Origin: Candidatus Heimdallarchaeota archaeon B3_Heim
Lineage (GTDB): Archaea; Asgardarchaeota; Heimdallarchaeia; Hodarchaeales; Hodarchaeaceae
Assembly (NCBI GenBank): GCA_003144275.1
Contig: NJBF01000029.1
Location: forward strand, 27,107-59,106
Direction: 5' to 3'
DNA: 32,000 nucleotides
Each line of letters begins with the position of its first letter. Position 1 is the stretch's first letter. Made by a program: the position numbers and the translations under genes. Shown here piece by piece: positions 27,769-32,000 of this stretch. The notes beneath the pieces were generated by a model that worked only from the letters and a program-made list of their open reading frames with translations, did not search any database and was not told where the DNA came from.

Positions 27769-29520
27769 TTAAAGATTTAATATCTTTGTTCCTAGTCGAT
27801 ATGCTCGATTTGCTCGACTTATAAGATGTGCACCTGACATATTTAATCTCAGTTCCTTCTTTAAATCTATGAATGTGACTCTATCCATGCAACCTATGCA
27901 TGGATCAATAACTCGAATGACTGGGGGGATATCTGCTACTTGTACACCAATTAATCTATGCAATAAGCTGGGTATATTAGCAAGGGTTGGAGCTCGAACC
28001 TTAAACCGCTCTGGTTTATTTGTACCATTCGATTGGACATAATGGATGTCTTCACCTCGTGGTGCTTCAACTCTACTCATTCCTTCTCCTTGAGGAATTT
28101 TTCGGGGTACCTTAATGTTTAGTTTACCTTGGGGTAGTGTTTCAAGAGCTTCAACTGCCAAATCAATTGCGGTGAGAGTTTCTTCCAAGCGAATAATTAA
28201 TCCGCTAAATATGTCTCCTTCAGTTCTTATCGGGATATCGAATGATAACTGATTATAGGCCGCATAAGGATCATTCCTCCGAATATCAACATCTATACCA
28301 CTACTTCGGGCGTTAGGACCTACAGCACAAAAGCGCAGAGCTTCAGCCTTAGTCAAAATAGCAATACCTTCTTGCCGAATTATGAAACTTTTCTCGTTCA
28401 TCATCATTTTTTGGTGATCAATAACCCTTTTACGAAGCTCTTTCAGTTTTGGAATTATCTTCAATACTTGTTCCGGGCTAATATCTCGTCGAACCCCACC
28501 TATGGTGTGCATAGCATAATTAACACGATTACCAGAAATTCTCTCCAAAATATCCATTACAATTTCTCTGTCTCGCCATGTATATTGGAACATCGTATCA
28601 AAACCAGCGTTATGAGCCAATACACCGTACCATAGCAAATGTGAATGAATGCGTTCAAGTTCAGCTAATATTGTTCTTATGTACAGAGCTCGTTCTGGTA
28701 TTTCATCCGAAATTTCATTACACTTCTCTACAGCTTGAACGTAACAAAGTTGATGACTATCACTACAAATTCCGCATATTCGTTCAGCTAAATATAGATT
28801 TTGTAACCATGTACGACTTTCAAAGGCTTTTTCAATGCCTCGATGATTGAATCCCAAACGTAACTCTACATTTTTTACAGTTTCTCCTTCAACATGGAAA
28901 ATAAATCGGATGGGTTCCTCTAAAGCTGGATGTTGAGGGCCTACAGATATGGCATAATCTGATTTTTCAGAAATATATTCAAATTGCTCACTTCTAATGT
29001 ATTCCTTTAGTTTCTCTTCCGCTTCTTTATTTTTCCTGGCATTTTTTAGTCCATCACGAATTTCCTTAGAAGAAATGTTTTTTCTTAAGGGAAAAAGATC
29101 TTTAGGTAAAGTATCAGGTGTAAGAATTCGTTTCAGATTGGGATGGTTTTCAAAATGGATCCCCATCATATCAAAAACTTCTTGCTCATAAAGAAAAGCC
29201 CCAGGTATTTCTGGTACGATTGAGTTGATTTTCGGATCACACTTACTAATCTTAACATCTAGTATGAAATTTCCAATTTTCTCTTCTGGTAGGTGAACAG
29301 AGAAAGGATAGAGTAGCTTATAGTCTTCATCTATATCTTGAACCACAATGGTGGATAAATGAGAAACATCATACTTTTTTTTGAGTATTTTTATAATTTC
29401 AATTAATCTTTCAGCTTGAACATTAACATAACAGTCTGATGGATAATTCCGCAGTTCACGAATAGTAAGATTCAATGAGGTAGCTACTTCTACTAGTGTT
29501 TCAGGTTTAATATTCTTCAT
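27769..29520 (-). CDS. Group 4 [NiFe]-hydrogenase large subunit fused to an N-terminal NuoC-like domain
   Basis: NuoC-like AFLYEQEVFDMMGIHFENHPNLKRIL; GPQHP; L1 ERICGIC and L2 DPCIGCMDR with all four metal cysteines; 36-aa C-terminal extension after the Arg. Confidence 0.92.
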   Translation of the reverse strand: MKNIKPETLVEVATSLNLTIRELRNYPSDCYVNVQAERLIEIIKILKKKYDVSHLSTIVVQDIDEDYKLLYPFSVHLPEEKIGNFILDVKISKCDPKINSIVPEIPGAFLYEQEVFDMMGIHFENHPNLKRILTPDTLPKDLFPLRKNISSKEIRDGLKNARKNKEAEEKLKEYIRSEQFEYISEKSDYAISVGPQHPALEEPIRFIFHVEGETVKNVELRLGFNHRGIEKAFESRTWLQNLYLAERICGICSDSHQLCYVQAVEKCNEISDEIPERALYIRTILAELERIHSHLLWYGVLAHNAGFDTMFQYTWRDREIVMDILERISGNRVNYAMHTIGGVRRDISPEQVLKIIPKLKELRKRVIDHQKMMMNEKSFIIRQEGIAILTKAEALRFCAVGPNARSSGIDVDIRRNDPYAAYNQLSFDIPIRTEGDIFSGLIIRLEETLTAIDLAVEALETLPQGKLNIKVPRKIPQGEGMSRVEAPRGEDIHYVQSNGTNKPERFKVRAPTLANIPSLLHRLIGVQVADIPPVIRVIDPCIGCMDRVTFIDLKKELRLNMSGAHLISRANRAYRLGTKILNL

Positions 29521-29532
29521 AGTTAGAATTAC

Positions 29533-29997
29533 CTACGTGTCAGTTTCTTCTTCATTAGATTCGATCTCTTGGTGTAACTTCTGAATTAGTTTAATAATAC
29601 CATCAACAATAGCTTCAGGACGAGGAGGACAACCAAGAATATATACATCTACAGGAATCACTTTATTTATACCATCCAAAGTATTATAGTTGCCTTGATA
29701 AACACCACCAGTACTAGCACAATTTCCAATAGCGATTACAAATTTAGGTTCAGGCATTTGTTCATATATACGTTTTAACCTTGGTAAGCATTGATTAGTT
29801 ACCGCACCAGTTGCTAATAGGATATCAGCATGTCGTGGTGATCCTTCTAATAAAATACCAAATCTCTCAACATCGTACCTTGGAACGAAAAGTGAAAGCG
29901 CCTCAATATCACAACCATTACATGAACCTGTATTGACATGTACTACCCAAGGAGAGTTCGTTAAAGCATGGATTATTAGTCTTTTCTTATTGATCAG
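29533..29997 (-). CDS. Group 4 hydrogenase small subunit (NuoB-like); start is non-canonical or frameshifted
   Basis: The ORF track shows only 74 aa; the frame is open upstream through SPWVVHVNTGSCNGCDIE, SPRHADILLATGAV, then IGNCA and GCPPRP. There is no in-frame ATG/GTG/TTG before the first motif; candidate CTG at 29997. Confidence 0.88.
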   Translation of the reverse strand: MINKKRLIIHALTNSPWVVHVNTGSCNGCDIEALSLFVPRYDVERFGILLEGSPRHADILLATGAVTNQCLPRLKRIYEQMPEPKFVIAIGNCASTGGVYQGNYNTLDGINKVIPVDVYILGCPPRPEAIVDGIIKLIQKLHQEIESNEEETDT

Positions 29998-30019
29998 TTT
30001 TAGACGACTCCATAATGCA

Positions 30020-30367
30020 TTACGTCATTGGTGTCCTTATTGCTAACATGAAAATTGCATAAGAAGTAATTACGAAATATAGGAGAGGATAAAAAATATT
30101 GATGGTCGTAACTAAGGAAAGAACCAAGAGGGTAGCAAACATAAAGGATATAACATGGGAAGTAGTGAAGTAAGAGATCCAGATAAACGTCTTGTCTAGA
30201 TATCGTCTTCTACGAGGGAGTATTGTTTCCCCACTCTGATATAACTGTAGTTTTAATCTTGTTTTCTGAAAATTCTGTATTTGTAACCAATGAGCTATAC
30301 CATATACGCTAATAACAGCAATAACTGCTGCTAATATACTTGGTATCATTTCATTTAAGAAATCCAA
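30020..30367 (-). CDS. NuoA-like membrane subunit
   Basis: Three TM helices, loop KLQLYQSGE resembling the NuoA YEcG loop, first gene of the operon. Confidence 0.7.
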   Translation of the reverse strand: MDFLNEMIPSILAAVIAVISVYGIAHWLQIQNFQKTRLKLQLYQSGETILPRRRRYLDKTFIWISYFTTSHVISFMFATLLVLSLVTTINIFYPLLYFVITSYAIFMLAIRTPMT

Positions 30368-30541
30368 TTTTTTTCACTGTTCTATTTTTTGAATTAACGG
30401 TTAATTTATTTCTACAATAAAGAATCTGAGATAGATTAAAACGTAAGACTAAGAACTACAAGTAATTTTTCGTTACTTTCTTGTTATAACCTCCTTTGCA
30501 AAGTGATTTCTGATGTGTGTTACCCATAGATAATGAGAAAA

Positions 30542-30958
30542 TCATACTTTGTTTCTAATTATTTTATAAATTGATATTGGGAATTTACCTGATCCTAAAT
30601 CCTGTTCAGAAAGCGTAAAAGCTATAAAGGTCTCAAATAATCGCCCTTGTCTGTAAGCGTCAATATTTTCAAGAAGAGTTCCATCGATAGCTAAATAGAC
30701 TCGTATTCCTGCATTTAATAGGATATTCAAGGTCTCAGCACAAATTTGCAGAGTGATAAGAATGTCGATATTTTGTTCTACAAACAGCTTAGCAACTTGA
30801 TTTTCTACACCTCTGGCAGCTGTCTGAGCATCGTTGTGAATTATTGTCATATCGTTCTCATGATCTGAATTATATATAATAAAAAATGAACACCGCTCAA
30901 AATTACTTGCAAGTGGACTTGAAAAACTTTTTCTGTCTGATGGTAAACCAATTTTCAT
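30542..30958 (-). CDS. NifB/NifX-family (dinitrogenase FeMo-cofactor-binding fold) protein
   Basis: MKIGLP, NFERCSFFIIYN, VAKLFVEQNIDILIT, LLNAGIRVY. Confidence 0.82.
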   Translation of the reverse strand: MKIGLPSDRKSFSSPLASNFERCSFFIIYNSDHENDMTIIHNDAQTAARGVENQVAKLFVEQNIDILITLQICAETLNILLNAGIRVYLAIDGTLLENIDAYRQGRLFETFIAFTLSEQDLGSGKFPISIYKIIRNKV

Positions 30959-31003
30959 GTTTTTGACCTATTGTGAGTTAATTAATGATTATCATGAATA
31001 AGA

Positions 31004-31483
31004 TCAATATTCAATAGGAGGAGCTTGTGAAATATATCCTAAATCCATCATTGAGTGGGTTTGATCCCTTGCTCGTTTAATGAGTGTTTCAGCTATTTCA
31101 AAAGCTTCTTGACGAGTAAGCTTAAGTCTTGCAATGCCTTCTTTGATTGCCTGTTGACCAACTGCCACAGCTTCCCTAGGAAATACTTCCCACTCATCCA
31201 TAGCAGGTATAATATACTCAGGTGTTAATCCCCTGTCTTGAGCTGTTTTTGCTAATTCCATAGCAGCTGGTTTCGACTTGTCTGCAGTTTTCAAGTCTTC
31301 TTCGATGGTTTTACAAGGTTTTGCTACTCCTGGTGTATACCACACTGCAAAATCATCGAAACTATCAATTTTAACTTTTGAAACAACCTCAATTTTCCCA
31401 CGATAGAAGGGATGCCACGCTTCCGCTCTTTTATTTGGAAGATCCGCCTTCCTCAGTAGGTTTTCTACACTAACTTTGGCCAT
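31004..31483 (-). pseudogene. Malic enzyme with a large in-frame internal deletion
   Basis: N-terminal HPFYRGKIEV...WYTPGVAKPC joined directly to C-terminal AAMELAK...EYIIP...REAVAV...EGIAR; only 159 aa, with no catalytic or dinucleotide-binding core. Confidence 0.8.
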
Positions 31484-32000
31484 AAATCATACCTCTCAGT
31501 TTGCTTCTTATAACTCCATAAAGCCCTAATTCAGCAATATTCTTATGAAAACACCTTTTCTATACTTAGTGTACCGAAATACGGCATGTTATCTTTTTAC
31601 GATGCTGTTAAACGCTAAATCTTTAATCAACTTTAAAGTGTCAGAGTAATTATTTTTCATTAGATCAAATTTGATGAAATACATCTTCCTTTACATCATA
31701 ATGATTGGTACTCTCACTATGTTCTGAATAGACAATGCATTCTTGATATAATAAAGTGTGTGTACAAAAAATAGAGAATTTGAGTAAAAAAATGCATGAA
31801 ATGTGTGTGAGGAAGTATCTATTTTGAGAATAAATTCGATCGTTTCTGTACAATAATAAGGTACATCTACGAATGAAAAGCTGTCATTTTTGAGATTTTT
31901 TGGATTTCATTTTATACAAGAATGCTCTATTATTCTTATGTACTTATCAAATTTATGCGTAACCACAAAACCGCTAGAAATCAGTAGAGAATATTTTTTA

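Noticed and set aside
3632-29191. Numerous short ORFs antisense to or overlapping well-supported genes (e.g. 9260..9661, 20468..20788, 23736..24083, 28372..28635)
   Set aside because: Shadow frames of confidently identified genes with no independent motifs.
31665-31853. 62-aa ORF in the track
   Set aside because: No motif or SD, low-complexity AT-rich composition; probably intergenic.
1-32000. CRISPR array, tRNA, rRNA or c-type cytochrome (CxxCH) genes
   Set aside because: No regularly spaced repeats, cloverleaf or rRNA signature seen; the CHLC in the radical SAM protein is not followed by His.

Overview
AT-rich archaeal window: TATA-box promoter, GGAG/GAGGT Shine-Dalgarno sites, Hdr/MvhD. 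An Asgard (Heimdallarchaeia-like) origin is my inference from gene content and was not tested. Almost all of it is energy metabolism. Left to right: (1) partial korA and a CBS protein; (2) an unexplained, GC-enriched, multi-stem intergenic element at about 2330-2530; (3) a heme module: M50-like membrane peptidase, FdnI/HyaC-type cytochrome b, membrane-anchored DOMON protein and SufR-like regulator, divergent from ccmC-ccmD-ccmA-ccmB (ccmD is missing from the ORF track, CcmC carries atypical residues, no ccmE/F in the window); (4) gcvH divergent from hdrC-hdrB-(HdrD-like)-double-flavin hdrA-mvhD; (5) a decaying accessory stretch with a radical SAM gene, a hydrogenase-protease remnant, a stop-interrupted double-Lrp regulator, and a 1606-bp IS with 20-bp inverted repeats, an 8-bp target duplication and a stop-interrupted DDE transposase; (6) a ten-gene group 4 [NiFe]-hydrogenase operon in complex I gene order, whose small subunit has no canonical in-frame start codon; (7) a NifX-family gene and a malic enzyme with a large in-frame internal deletion. 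No rRNA, tRNA or CRISPR array was seen. All calls come from reading motifs by eye; no database searches were run.
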